Part shown: one piece after another, positions 20,201 to 28,855 of the stretch
Position numbering within the stretch: position 1 is the stretch's first letter
How the letters are laid out: each line of letters opens with the position of its first letter
Source of the DNA: Eubacteriales bacterium
GTDB lineage: Bacteria > Bacillota > Clostridia > Oscillospirales > CAG-382
DNA length: 64,000 nt
NCBI GenBank assembly: GCA_045593165.1
Contig: JAZNWF010000035.1
Location: 10,078-74,077 of the forward strand
Direction: 5' to 3'
Notes under the pieces: generated by a model
Told to the model about the DNA's origin: nothing
The model's input: the letters and a program-made list of their open reading frames with translations, nothing else
Databases searched by the model: none
Program-made: the position numbers and the translations under genes

Positions 20201-23200
20201 TTATCGCGCGGTGCAACAGCCAAGGTATATACATGACTGCCGTCGCGTCCGCTTCTGCGGTGAAAATAGAGTATCCGCTTGTTGCGGTCATATTCGCTTT
20301 CTATAAACAGCTTTGAGAACGAAATATGCGAAAGATATTTCTTTTTCTGCTCCAAAACGGGCTCGAACGCAAGCGTGATATCGTATTTCTTCATCGACTC
20401 GGCGCGAGTGTTTATTATAAAGCAATTACTGCATTTCGACATACTGTAGCGTACTCGTCCCGAAAAGTCCTTGTCCGATGCTATATGCGCCGCAAAGCCG
20501 TTTCCTCGCTCGAAGCTGTAATTGCCGTGGCCGTAAAGGCTTGCACAGCCGAAATGCCTGCTTCCTCTCGTAAACGTGACCAACGGCGAAAAGCGCAGAG
20601 AATACCTTTTATATTCGGTATGCGATATCATACGGTCACCGCAGGATAAGCCTATATGCCCGTTGCCCGAAACCACCGCCGTAAGATCGCCCCTCGTAAG
20701 AAGCATCACCTTGGGCGACGAGAGGTCTATGCGCTCGGTGTGATCGTTACGGACACGGCTTATTCGACGTTCGTTAAGCTGAGCATCGCATTGATCCTCA
20801 AAGATATGCGCGTCTATGGGTATCTTTTCGCAAAGAAGCTCTCTTGCGGAATTCATCTGCCTATCTGCCATAAAGCGCTTTACGAAAATATTATCCCTTA
20901 CGGCATTCATACAGGCGATAATGCTCATTCCGACGTGATGCGCCATATAGCTTTTTACGCAGATACCGCCCGAGCCGTTATTCATATCCAACGCCTCGTA
21001 AAGCCCGTATTTTCCGTACATTCCGCGGTTTTCGAGGCTGTTCAGATTCTTGATCGCCGAGCCGCCGCAAACACAAAGCGAAAGATAGGTCGAGTAGGGC
21101 GAAACGGTCTGCTCGTTATCCGAAATTCGCCTTAACGCAAGCGTTTGTATGCCGTTTGCCTTGTACTGATAGTTCATATCGCTGTCGAACGAATAAAACC
21201 CGCTTTCGCTTATTCCCCACGGCGAGCATTTCGAGCGTTGTATCATTATGGCAAACGCAACGCTTTCGAACACGAACGAATCGCGGTACAGCGGCAAAAA
21301 CAGCTGTGGCATAAGATATTCGAACGCCGTGCCCGACCAGCTTTTCATTCCGATATAGCCCGATTTGTGAGTAAGCGTTCTGCCCAACGATTGCCAATGC
21401 TTTTTCGGGACCTTATTGGAAGCGACGGCGTAATAAGCGGTCATACGAGCCTCGCTCATAAGCATATCGTAGCAGCTGTTGTCGAGTCTGCCGTCGTCCG
21501 CGCGCATACCTATACGGAAAAGCTCACGTTTTTTATCGTAAAACACGTTCAAGTCGGTGGCTTCTATCAGCAATTCGACCCTCACTGCGATTCCCTTTAA
21601 TCGCGAATCGATATCCTCGTATTCGCGCAGTCCCTCCTTTAACGCGACAAGCATTACCACGAAATTACCGCTATCCACAGCGGAAACGTAATGCTCGCCG
21701 AGCACGCTTAAATCGTTCAGGTCGTACCAATTGAAAAGGTTGCCTTTGTATTTAGGCAGACGATCGATAGTAAGAAGCGTATTGCTCATACGAGAATATA
21801 GCTCGTCCTTATCGAGAACACCCATATCGTGCGCGGCAAGGAGCGACACGAGGTAGAATCCGATATTCGTAGGCGAGGTCCTCATCGCCTTTGCGTATAC
21901 CGGCGACAGCTGAATGTTATCGGGCGGAAGGTGGTGCGTTTCCTCGTTTACGTTGTCGTAATAAAACCCGAACATATCCTTGGCGTGAACAAGCAGCATT
22001 TTCTTCTGCTTTTCGGTAAGCGTCGGTCTTGCCTCATATCCGCCGTCGATACGCCTTGAAAGCACCGCGGAAACAAGCGGATACACGAAATACAAAAGCC
22101 CCGCAAGCCGCATAAACGGTGTTCTCGCAAGAGCAAGCATAGAAAAGCCTATAATAACCGAGCTTGCCCCGTCGAGCACGTATTTGCCGAGCGTTGACGA
22201 AAGTCTTTCCGCCTGCGCGGCGGTAGTCCATTCGAGCGTCTTTTTGCGAGTGACCATTCGTACTGCCGAAAGCGAAAATGCATTTACCGTAAGCACCGCC
22301 TTACGCGCGGTGGCGCACAGCTCGAAAAATACGCGTATAAGCGTTTGCGTAAGCATCGTATACGCCTTTGAAAAGAAGCGCATACAGGCAAACGGCGAGC
22401 GCGAAAGCAAAAACCGCGTCACAGAAAACACGCAGGGTATCAAAAACTCGGAATAGGCAAGCAGAAACACCCAAATACCGCTGTTTTCGGTCAGAAAACA
22501 GCCCCAAACGATTGCAGAAAACGACATCACGGGCGATAAATGTCTTAAGACCGTAAGAGCGAGTCGCAGCTTTGAAAACGCTCCGAGCAATTCTCGTCCC
22601 AAGAAATACAGATTTTGAAAATCGCCTCTCAGCCATCTATGCTGTCGGCGGTAATAGGACACGGTATTTCCCGGCGTGGAGTCGGTAAGCGTTATATCCG
22701 ATGCGCTGAGGGTACGAAGCACGCTTCCCTCCACCACGTCGTGACTTAAAACCGTTCCCTCGGGTATCCTATTATTTAAAAGATCATAAAAAAGTCCGAC
22801 GTTTATTAGTCCCTTACCGCAGAAATTTCCCGAACCGAAAAGCGATTGCGAGCGTTGAAATGACGCGTTTGCATAGGAATCCGCGCCGCCCGCGCCCGAA
22901 ACAAGCCGTGAAAAGCCCGTACGGTACGCGCTTGTCAGCTCGGTACGCACGGCAGGCTGGATTATACCGTAGCCCGAAACCGCTCTGCCGTTTTCCGTCG
23001 CCGGCTTATTTGCCGGATGGAGCGCAACGGACAGCAGTTCCGTAACACTTCCGACCGAAAGATTGGTGTCGGAATCGAGAGTAAGAAGATATTTTATATC
23101 GCGGATAAATTCTCCGCCGTAATATTCACTCTTATCGCCGTTGACCATATGCGAAACCAATTCACACACGGCGCCGCGCTTTCTTTCCCACCCACCGTAT

Positions 23201-24297
23201 TTATCCTCGCTTTTATTAAGCACTCTTTCGCGGAAAAACAGGCAAAATCGCTCGCCGTGAACAGCGTTCAGCTCGTCTATGCGTCTGCGTGCGGATTCGA
23301 TTATGTCGCTGTCGTTCACGTGGTATTGAGTGCTCGAATCGGGCAGGTCGGCAAGCAGACAAAAATATATATTATCGTCGGGATTCATATACCGAAATCG
23401 CGAAAGTGACTCGAAAACGGCGTTATCGTGTTCGTTTCCCGACATAAGAGAGGCGACGGCGACGAGCGTTTTCGCATCGTCGGGAACGGCATCAAGCAAA
23501 AGACGCGGAGCGTTGTACGCAGGCGCAAAGAAGGAAATTATCTGGTCGGATATCGCTGCTGCCGTTACGCCGAACGGAATCAAAAGCAGAAAGGTCATCC
23601 GGCCAACCGTTAAAGCAGAAAGCGCAGACAACGATAAAAACAGTATCAAAGCAATACATATCCACGCAAAAGCGTATTTTTTCTTCGGGGCAAATAACAG
23701 CTTTCCCAAAGGAACGCCCCTGCTTTTTGCCTCGGCAATAAGCGTTTTTGCCGTTTCGTATTCGTTATCGCCGTTTGCCCGCTCGGATATAATTCTGCGA
23801 TATTGATGCTTTGTTGCCGGATCGTTACGTGCATACTCGGGCTCGTTGGCATCCAACAGCCGCTCGGGTCTCCACACGGCAGGAATAATATCGGCGTAAT
23901 CGGGGTCGCTTATGGCGATAAGCATCCGCACGGATGACGCGATAAGCTGCTTTCCGCCGATTTCCGAAAGCGAATCGGATATCCTGATTATCGCACAGGC
24001 TGAAAGCAGATCGTTTAACGAGCTTAATTCCGAATAGGTATATTCCCTGCCCGTCGACAAAAGATATTTTGTAAGCGATGCCGTATCGGGCTCGTAATCG
24101 CGCGATTCGCAATATTTACGTATCGTTTCGTAAAGCGCGTTATGGCGCAACGCCCTTTTATTTCTTTTTAATCTTCGGTAATGGCGGTCGATAATATAAA
24201 AATTATCCCGAAGCCACTCCGAAGCATCGCGCGAGGAAAGCGCGTGACGTATCATCGAATATGAGCGTTTTAGTTTTACGCGTAATGAAATAGCCAT
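17242..24297 (-). CDS. Cyclic beta-1,2-glucan synthase-like multidomain protein (NdvB/Cgs: GT84 + central transglycosylase domain + GH94 phosphorylase)
   Basis: GWERKRG, TLDSDT, GKGL, LSHD..EG, RRQHRWLRGD, then TM helices; PPDN, TSPTNIG, SWSGTAFEYLMP, WGISES; YQSGGAYGFRDQLQD, DWND, ENGGQYTHG, GGWSWYTG. Confidence 0.88.
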   Translation of the reverse strand: MAISLRVKLKRSYSMIRHALSSRDASEWLRDNFYIIDRHYRRLKRNKRALRHNALYETIRKYCESRDYEPDTASLTKYLLSTGREYTYSELSSLNDLLSACAIIRISDSLSEIGGKQLIASSVRMLIAISDPDYADIIPAVWRPERLLDANEPEYARNDPATKHQYRRIISERANGDNEYETAKTLIAEAKSRGVPLGKLLFAPKKKYAFAWICIALILFLSLSALSALTVGRMTFLLLIPFGVTAAAISDQIISFFAPAYNAPRLLLDAVPDDAKTLVAVASLMSGNEHDNAVFESLSRFRYMNPDDNIYFCLLADLPDSSTQYHVNDSDIIESARRRIDELNAVHGERFCLFFRERVLNKSEDKYGGWERKRGAVCELVSHMVNGDKSEYYGGEFIRDIKYLLTLDSDTNLSVGSVTELLSVALHPANKPATENGRAVSGYGIIQPAVRTELTSAYRTGFSRLVSGAGGADSYANASFQRSQSLFGSGNFCGKGLINVGLFYDLLNNRIPEGTVLSHDVVEGSVLRTLSASDITLTDSTPGNTVSYYRRQHRWLRGDFQNLYFLGRELLGAFSKLRLALTVLRHLSPVMSFSAIVWGCFLTENSGIWVFLLAYSEFLIPCVFSVTRFLLSRSPFACMRFFSKAYTMLTQTLIRVFFELCATARKAVLTVNAFSLSAVRMVTRKKTLEWTTAAQAERLSSTLGKYVLDGASSVIIGFSMLALARTPFMRLAGLLYFVYPLVSAVLSRRIDGGYEARPTLTEKQKKMLLVHAKDMFGFYYDNVNEETHHLPPDNIQLSPVYAKAMRTSPTNIGFYLVSLLAAHDMGVLDKDELYSRMSNTLLTIDRLPKYKGNLFNWYDLNDLSVLGEHYVSAVDSGNFVVMLVALKEGLREYEDIDSRLKGIAVRVELLIEATDLNVFYDKKRELFRIGMRADDGRLDNSCYDMLMSEARMTAYYAVASNKVPKKHWQSLGRTLTHKSGYIGMKSWSGTAFEYLMPQLFLPLYRDSFVFESVAFAIMIQRSKCSPWGISESGFYSFDSDMNYQYKANGIQTLALRRISDNEQTVSPYSTYLSLCVCGGSAIKNLNSLENRGMYGKYGLYEALDMNNGSGGICVKSYMAHHVGMSIIACMNAVRDNIFVKRFMADRQMNSARELLCEKIPIDAHIFEDQCDAQLNERRISRVRNDHTERIDLSSPKVMLLTRGDLTAVVSGNGHIGLSCGDRMISHTEYKRYSLRFSPLVTFTRGSRHFGCASLYGHGNYSFERGNGFAAHIASDKDFSGRVRYSMSKCSNCFIINTRAESMKKYDITLAFEPVLEQKKKYLSHISFSKLFIESEYDRNKRILYFHRRSGRDGSHVYTLAVAPRDKDMAFSFRTDRECFAASSIVSPFDYAGCEADNRVGACIDPLCLVRCNGAEGGRATFLITCGETKDECEKNIRLARADKSEGDSAAGGEIFDKMLSDLLYGREKSTLTELDSCDIGELWSRRISGDYPLAVISASEKSVSRTRSAINAFLTLARACIRCELIFIINDTDGYNRPVETAVRNCCAELKCLQYIGRSGGIFLLRQGDIGDTLARALKSCASFYMDFSNDAEHCSGADEISLLKTVASVQNASRLIVPEGALSSKNGYFITDGFVVDKSSLPGAPYSFVLTGHRFSTVVTQSSLGYTFFDNARERRLCSFYGDPKTLDDGERIFVLSNDKKYDLCACSSRVCYEKGSASYYGNIEGNEYRVTVTVHPKFPVKLIRVEYDKQMTPETVFSLEAVMGDTVYGSNRIESAGFSENGSVGFLFKNIFGMTYPEGYGFAGVASGRADVGKTRLFAAGNDILFFIGACATESGALNIASRINKHFFESCVSEARGFAESLVPNIRVNTRSNANNALMNFFLPYQVAACRFFARGSFYQSGGAYGFRDQLQDSLTLVYSMPHKVRTHIIRCCAHQYTDGSVMHWWHTRNFDSVNRGIKSKCSDDLLYLPIVTADYLQKTGDDSLLDTETYYMTSSPLGEMGERYEQPQRSDIKESVYKHCLRALACAEKLGRNGLVLMGSCDWNDAFSLVGEKGLGESVFSTLLFIIAAERFAPIMESRGDTEAAEHYRAITEKLRRTVDEIAFYGDRYARAICDDGTVLGVESSEECKIDILSQSFAELAKINPERSKTALVTAFSKLYDRKHRIFKLFSPPFANGRARVGYIRGYVAGIRENGGQYTHGALWGALGCLSAGLTEEALLILDCANPASRCADKELASRYKCEPYAIAADIYSGEHVGRGGWSWYTGAASWYYRIMIENVLGLKLGAGNSLLSAEPKIAFDAEIGLINAKLSVSASENVKSPTLDGEPVSFPLTVPDGEHKLELPLG

Positions 24298-24321
24298 AAT
24301 AACTCCGCATCAGTTTTTTGT

Positions 24322-24389
24322 TATTATCGGCATTTGCGCGTATTTTATTCCAAAAAAACGAATAGTCCACGCCGTTTTGCCCCAAAATA
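24322..24389. promoter_or_regulatory. Back-to-back sigmaG/sigmaF-like (forespore) promoters
   Basis: Plus strand: GAATA(24360)-N18-CAAAATA(24383). Minus strand: GAATA(24350)-N17-GATAATA(24328). Confidence 0.45.
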
Positions 24390-24412
24390 AAACAAAACGA
24401 GGTGGACGTATT

Positions 24413-25093
24413 ATGTGCGAAAACAGCGAAAACGGATGCGCTTTGGAAAACGGAGAGGCTTATAACGGAAGCGTGACCACAAGCGTAAACGGAATATGCA
24501 TTCATTCATTGGTCATAGCAGGTCAGATAGAGGGGCATTTTGCAGCGTCACCGCAAACAAAATCGACAAAATACGAGCATTGTATACCTACGCTCGTGGC
24601 GGTAGAGGAAAACGACGAGATCGACGGTCTGTTATTGCTTTTAAACACTATCGGAGGAGATATCGAGGCAGGGCTTGCAATAGCCGAGCTTATAGCAGGT
24701 ATGACGAAGCCGACGGTTTCGCTTGTGCTCGGAGGCGGACATTCGATAGGTGTACCCTTGGCGGTATCGGCAAAAAAATCGTTTATCGTGCCGAGCGCAA
24801 CGATGACGCTTCATCCCGTGCGATTGAACGGGCTTGTAATAGGCGTCCCGCAAACCTTTGCCAACCTTGATAAAATGCAGGAAAGAATAATCGAATTCAT
24901 CGTCCGCAATTCAAGCACCGACAGCAACACGATACGCAGGCTTATGACGGCAACCGACGATATGACGACCGACATCGGAACTGTAATCGACGGACGCGAG
25001 GCGGTGGAATACGGAATAATCGACCGTGTCGGCGGCTTGGGTGATGCCGTTTCGGAATTAAAAAGAATGATAAACGAAGCAAGGACAAAATAA
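24413..25093 (+). CDS. tepA: ClpP-family protein TepA/YmfB
   Basis: IAGQIEGH, KSTKYEH, LNTIGGDIEAGLAIAE, GGGHSIGVP, LHPVR; RBS gaggtgg before ATG 24413. Confidence 0.85.
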   Translation: MCENSENGCALENGEAYNGSVTTSVNGICIHSLVIAGQIEGHFAASPQTKSTKYEHCIPTLVAVEENDEIDGLLLLLNTIGGDIEAGLAIAELIAGMTKPTVSLVLGGGHSIGVPLAVSAKKSFIVPSATMTLHPVRLNGLVIGVPQTFANLDKMQERIIEFIVRNSSTDSNTIRRLMTATDDMTTDIGTVIDGREAVEYGIIDRVGGLGDAVSELKRMINEARTK

Positions 25094-25133
25094 AAGTGCA
25101 GTTGTAGTGAGACTTCCGTATGGGAAGTCTCAC

Positions 25134-25343
25134 AGTTTTATTCGCCGCATTACATTTGGCGAGTTATATTGCTTCGCAGTTTTATTATGCTTTTTTGCCC
25201 CGCGAAAGACGCTTTCGCGGGGACTCATCGCATAGTGCTATTCGGCTACGCCGAGTTTGGCGAATAAAATAACACTGAAGCCATAGGCTTCAATACCACT
25301 GTCGCTTGCGACAATATCACTCCGACGAGGTCGGAATATAACT
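25134..25343. repeat. Nonamer/mini-hairpin array (4x AGTKNTATT + hairpin, then 4x AATAHMACT separated by hairpins)
   Basis: Nonamers at 25134, 25162, 25178, 25234; complementary nonamers at 25268, 25292, 25313, 25335. Confidence 0.85.
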
Positions 25344-25371
25344 TGAATAATATCTTCTGTTGTGTTATTAT
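25343..25371 (+). promoter_or_regulatory. sigmaA promoter carried by element copy 1
   Basis: TTGAAT-N17-TATTAT with extended TG; same position in copy 2. Confidence 0.75.
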
Positions 25372-25477
25372 AAAAAGGGTAAGGCTTAGCCCAATAAAGT
25401 ATTTGTACTTACAAATGCGATGCCGGCTCTTCTTGAACTGTTTGATAGATAAGAATTTGACTTACGAGGACGATTGT

Positions 25478-25918
25478 ATGAAAAAGACAATTATTATTTC
25501 TGCAGTTATTGTGATTGCATTATTATTGGTTGGTTTTGTTGTGTCTATCCCGATTATGAATGACCGCTCGGCAAAGAAAGTTGAAAAACAACTTGTGGAA
25601 GTTCCTCTGCCCGACAACACAGAAATGATCGAATCTCTATCCAAGGCAGGCAAGCTTGTTGGTAATGGCAACGGAATGCAGTATTTCGGTGCTATACTTA
25701 TCAAAAGCGAAAAAACACTTGATGAGTTATCCACCTACTATTCGCACAAACTTACAAATGCAGTTGTAAAAGAACAAAAATCACAGACAATTGAGTGTGT
25801 CGAACACGAAATCATTTCCTTTGATACTAACATCGCAGAAACCGACAATTACTTTATCGTTTATTTGTTTGGTAACGGAATTTCTCCTTTTTCAGATTTA
25901 GATATTCGTGGGCATTAA
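25478..25918 (+). CDS. Hypothetical exported/membrane-anchored protein (cargo of element copy 1)
   Basis: ATG at 25478 after gagga; N-terminal TM helix; visibly more AT-rich than its neighbours. Confidence 0.75.
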   Translation: MKKTIIISAVIVIALLLVGFVVSIPIMNDRSAKKVEKQLVEVPLPDNTEMIESLSKAGKLVGNGNGMQYFGAILIKSEKTLDELSTYYSHKLTNAVVKEQKSQTIECVEHEIISFDTNIAETDNYFIVYLFGNGISPFSDLDIRGH

Positions 25919-26069
25919 ATATCCATAGGCATAGAATATGTTTTGCATTGTTTTAGGCTTACCAATTCCAATTTGTTGTACAGAAAAACCCGACAACTTT
26001 TAGAGTCTGTCGGGTTTTTAATATCCTTATGAGATGTATCCTTAACAACTGCACTTTTGCTATTCGTCT

Positions 26070-27215
26070 TTAAGGCTTTTTGATGGTGTCCTTAATGCTG
26101 TCATAAATATATCCCGCATATACCTCATAGGTTTCGTCCTTCGGGTGCAAGCCGTCGGTAAATACCTCGGAATGCTCCTTGGACCAATCGAAAAGGTCTA
26201 TCGTAGGATATCCGTAATCGTTTGCGATCTGCTTAAGAAGCGGATGCGAATGCCTTACTATATTTGCAGTCCAAGCCTCTGCGCCCCATTGGTCGCCCGC
26301 AACCGCAAACAGCGACGAGGGCAGGCAGATATATATCTGGCAATCGGGGTTTGCCGCCTTGAAGGAATCGAGCAAGGCTTTTGTACTTTGGATAAATTTG
26401 TTTTCACGGTCGTTTGCCGCATTATCCCAATTTTTATAGGGCTGTGTGGGTGTGGGGTTTGCGTCGTTAGTACCGAGATTGAAAATCACGACGTCAGCCT
26501 TCAACGCCTTTGCATCGGCATATTGCTGACTCTTGCAATATGCATATTCGTCGGTGCTGACGATAGAATATCCGCTAAGACCCGCGTTAAGCACGTAGTA
26601 TTCCAAGCCGAGCATATTCTGTAAATAGTTAGGATAAGTCTTTTCGCGGTCATCGGAATTTATTCCCTGCGTAATGCTGTCGCCGACACACGCAACCTTA
26701 ATAACGTTCGCCTCGCCGCGCTTTTCGCAGTTTGCGAAAACACCGTCCTTGGATTCTTCGATCATATTGATTAGCTCCTTATAGCCTGCATAGCATCCCG
26801 TTGCATAAGACGACGCGATAACCACCGCATTTTCCTTTATGGCGATCTTATATCCTCCGAAGCCGTAATCGGACAACATATCCGCACAAGCCTCGCGGCG
26901 CGCGGTCGAGCCGAATATTATCTCGTTGCCCTTTTGCGGAACAAGGTCGGAGCGGTAATCGAGCTCGAAGCCGAAATTGCTCTTTACGTACTCGATAAAT
27001 TCAAGCGCAACGGTTTTGAACTGTGCCGATTCGGAGGTGCTTTTGTAAACCACCGTGAATTCAGAAAGATCTATTCCGTTTATAACAGGTTTTTTCGGGG
27101 GCGCCTTGGACTCCTCAACCGATTCGGTCCGGCTTTCGGCATTATCGGTTTCGGCACACGAAGCAACAGAAACAAGCATTAATGCCACAAGCAAAAAACA
27201 TAAAATTCGTTTCAT
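26070..27215 (-). CDS. SGNH/GDSL hydrolase lipoprotein
   Basis: Start MKRILC at 27215 after AGAGGT; lipobox VAS-C; VGDSITQG, NAGLSG, LGTND, DGLHP. Confidence 0.85.
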   Translation of the reverse strand: MKRILCFLLVALMLVSVASCAETDNAESRTESVEESKAPPKKPVINGIDLSEFTVVYKSTSESAQFKTVALEFIEYVKSNFGFELDYRSDLVPQKGNEIIFGSTARREACADMLSDYGFGGYKIAIKENAVVIASSYATGCYAGYKELINMIEESKDGVFANCEKRGEANVIKVACVGDSITQGINSDDREKTYPNYLQNMLGLEYYVLNAGLSGYSIVSTDEYAYCKSQQYADAKALKADVVIFNLGTNDANPTPTQPYKNWDNAANDRENKFIQSTKALLDSFKAANPDCQIYICLPSSLFAVAGDQWGAEAWTANIVRHSHPLLKQIANDYGYPTIDLFDWSKEHSEVFTDGLHPKDETYEVYAGYIYDSIKDTIKKP

Positions 27216-27228
27216 AACAATACCTCTT

Positions 27229-27373
27229 AGCCGAAGCATTGAAGCTTGAACCAGCCCGAAAGGACTGAACCGCAATGCTTTTCGTAAAATTTTAATTTAT
27301 CGTCTTTGCAATACACAGCCGAAGCATTGGAGCTTGAACCTGCCCAAAAGGACTGAAACGAAATGCTTCGGCT
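27229..27373. repeat. Two tandem ~55-nt structured repeats upstream of the GDSL gene
   Basis: agccgaagcattgRagcttgaaccWgcccRaaaggactgaaMcgMaatgctt at 27229 and 27317. Confidence 0.85.
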
Positions 27374-27379
27374 AGAGTA

Positions 27380-27405
27380 AAGCGCACGAAAGGCTTCGTG
27401 CGCTT
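27380..27405 (-). terminator. Hairpin, probable terminator of the dockerin gene
   Basis: aagcgcacgaa-aggc-ttcgtgcgctt. Confidence 0.6.
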
Positions 27406-27429
27406 ATGCTTTTTATTGTGATTTCGGCA

Positions 27430-27972
27430 TTATACCCAACCGGGAGTCCAGCCGGATTCCTCTGCTTCGGGATCGTACGGTTCGCAGGTATATTTATTGT
27501 TAATATTATACGTTCCCATATATGCGCGCTTGATCTTAATATAGTTCATCGCGCTGAGCTTCTTACCGTTGGCAACGTCAACGTCTGCCGCCTCAAGCTG
27601 AAGATTGGTGAGCGTCACGCCTGTTCCGAGATAAGCACGCTTTACCAAAATATAATCGTACGGCTTGATAAGTCCGTCGCCGTCAATATCGCCCTTTACA
27701 ACGGCAGTATACTGTATACTGTTTATCTTTACTATATATCCCGTTCCGATTATAACGCTGTCACTGACCTTTTTACCTTCAGTATCAAAAACAGAAATAA
27801 TTGCGTTATAATACGCATTTTTGAGATTCTTTACAGACGTATCAGCGGGAACACCATAAATTTTTCCGTTTTTCAGCTCCGGTCTGAAGCTAACGGGGTC
27901 TGCGGATGCAAACAGTGCGCAAACGCTTAACAAAAGCGTGCACGTCAATAATAGCGCAAGTATCTTTCTCAT
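27430..27972 (-). CDS. Small secreted dockerin (type I repeat) protein
   Basis: Signal peptide; KGDIDGDGLIKPYDYILVKR...AADVD...MNYIKIKR. Confidence 0.8.
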   Translation of the reverse strand: MRKILALLLTCTLLLSVCALFASADPVSFRPELKNGKIYGVPADTSVKNLKNAYYNAIISVFDTEGKKVSDSVIIGTGYIVKINSIQYTAVVKGDIDGDGLIKPYDYILVKRAYLGTGVTLTNLQLEAADVDVANGKKLSAMNYIKIKRAYMGTYNINNKYTCEPYDPEAEESGWTPGWV

Positions 27973-27990
27973 AATTTTCCTCCGAGCTTA

Positions 27991-28827
27991 TTATACTTCT
28001 ACCCAAACACCGGGGGTCTGTAATGCCTTGTTTCCTGCCTCTATAATGCCCATGACCGAAACGGTTTCCGCGTGATCGGCAAAGGTTTCGCCGGTTTTGA
28101 AGAAGGTGCAAAGCTTGTTTATAAAGTTTCCGAAATAATCACTCATCTGAGGGATTCTGTAGGTAGAGCCGTTTTCGTAGCTTACGATCATTTCAAAATC
28201 GACGCCGGTCCAATCGTAATGGCTCATAACCGCTCTTCTGCCACCCTTGAATTCGATAACCATCGATTCGTAAGGTCCGCTTCCGATAGCCATAAGACGC
28301 TCGACCTCGCTGCCCATAAGCACCACGATAGGCTCTATCTGGTGTATAGCATAGGTATCGAACTTGCCGGGTCCACGCGAATTTATAAAGCATATACCAT
28401 CGCGGGGAACGTCGTTAAGCTCGGTAGAAAAGCGGAGCGCAGAGGTAGAGAAGAAGGGCGTATTGTTTGCTTCGCCTATTTCAACTATCTGCTTTGCGAT
28501 ATCCTTTGTAAGCGCAAAGGTTTTATCAACGTAAACCCGCTTTCCGCTTGCAAGCGGCTCGCGGCAGAGATCCAGATGTCGTTCGGGATTATCGGGCGAG
28601 AGCACGATAATGCAATCACTTTTTTCAACAACCTCGGAAATAGTGTCGCAGCGTTCTACGTCAAACTGCTTGCACCATTCGTCCGTGGTCATTCCGCCCG
28701 GCTTATCCATTTCGGCATATGCATAGGCAACCTTGAATTCATCACCGAACTGCTCTGCGATGAATTTGGGGTAATTGAGTGCGTGCCACTCGTCAAGATA
28801 ATAATCGATAAATCCAATTTTTATCAT
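27991..28827 (-). CDS. Gfo/Idh/MocA family oxidoreductase
   Basis: IKIGFI, H...C...LASGKRVYVDKTFA, STSALRF, YAIH. Confidence 0.75.
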   Translation of the reverse strand: MIKIGFIDYYLDEWHALNYPKFIAEQFGDEFKVAYAYAEMDKPGGMTTDEWCKQFDVERCDTISEVVEKSDCIIVLSPDNPERHLDLCREPLASGKRVYVDKTFALTKDIAKQIVEIGEANNTPFFSTSALRFSTELNDVPRDGICFINSRGPGKFDTYAIHQIEPIVVLMGSEVERLMAIGSGPYESMVIEFKGGRRAVMSHYDWTGVDFEMIVSYENGSTYRIPQMSDYFGNFINKLCTFFKTGETFADHAETVSVMGIIEAGNKALQTPGVWVEV

Positions 28828-28855
28828 AGCATATCTCCTGTGATTATTTCATATG

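Larger units (their letters stand above)
25109..26034 (+). mobile_element. Non-autonomous cargo-carrying element, copy 1 (structured leader + promoter + gene + end hairpin), inserted in a terminator
   Basis: About 350 bp of leader and 55 bp of trailer align with 39008-39728; GAGA at both ends; flanked by a perfect 14-bp inverted repeat, aaaagtgcagttgt (25092) / acaactgcactttt (26045). Confidence 0.75.

Noticed and set aside
25134-25343. Nonamer array as a CRISPR array
   Set aside because: Repeats are only 9 bp and switch orientation midway, the spacers are short hairpins conserved between the two copies, and no cas genes are present.
25343-25477. Upstream extensions of the cargo ORFs (starts at 25343 and 39266)
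   Set aside because: They run through the promoter or leader of the element; RBS-supported starts are at 25478 and 39332.
27229-27373. tRNA or hammerhead ribozyme
   Set aside because: Only a T-loop-like word is present, with no cloverleaf. CTGAA..GAAA does not fit the hammerhead core and three-stem layout.
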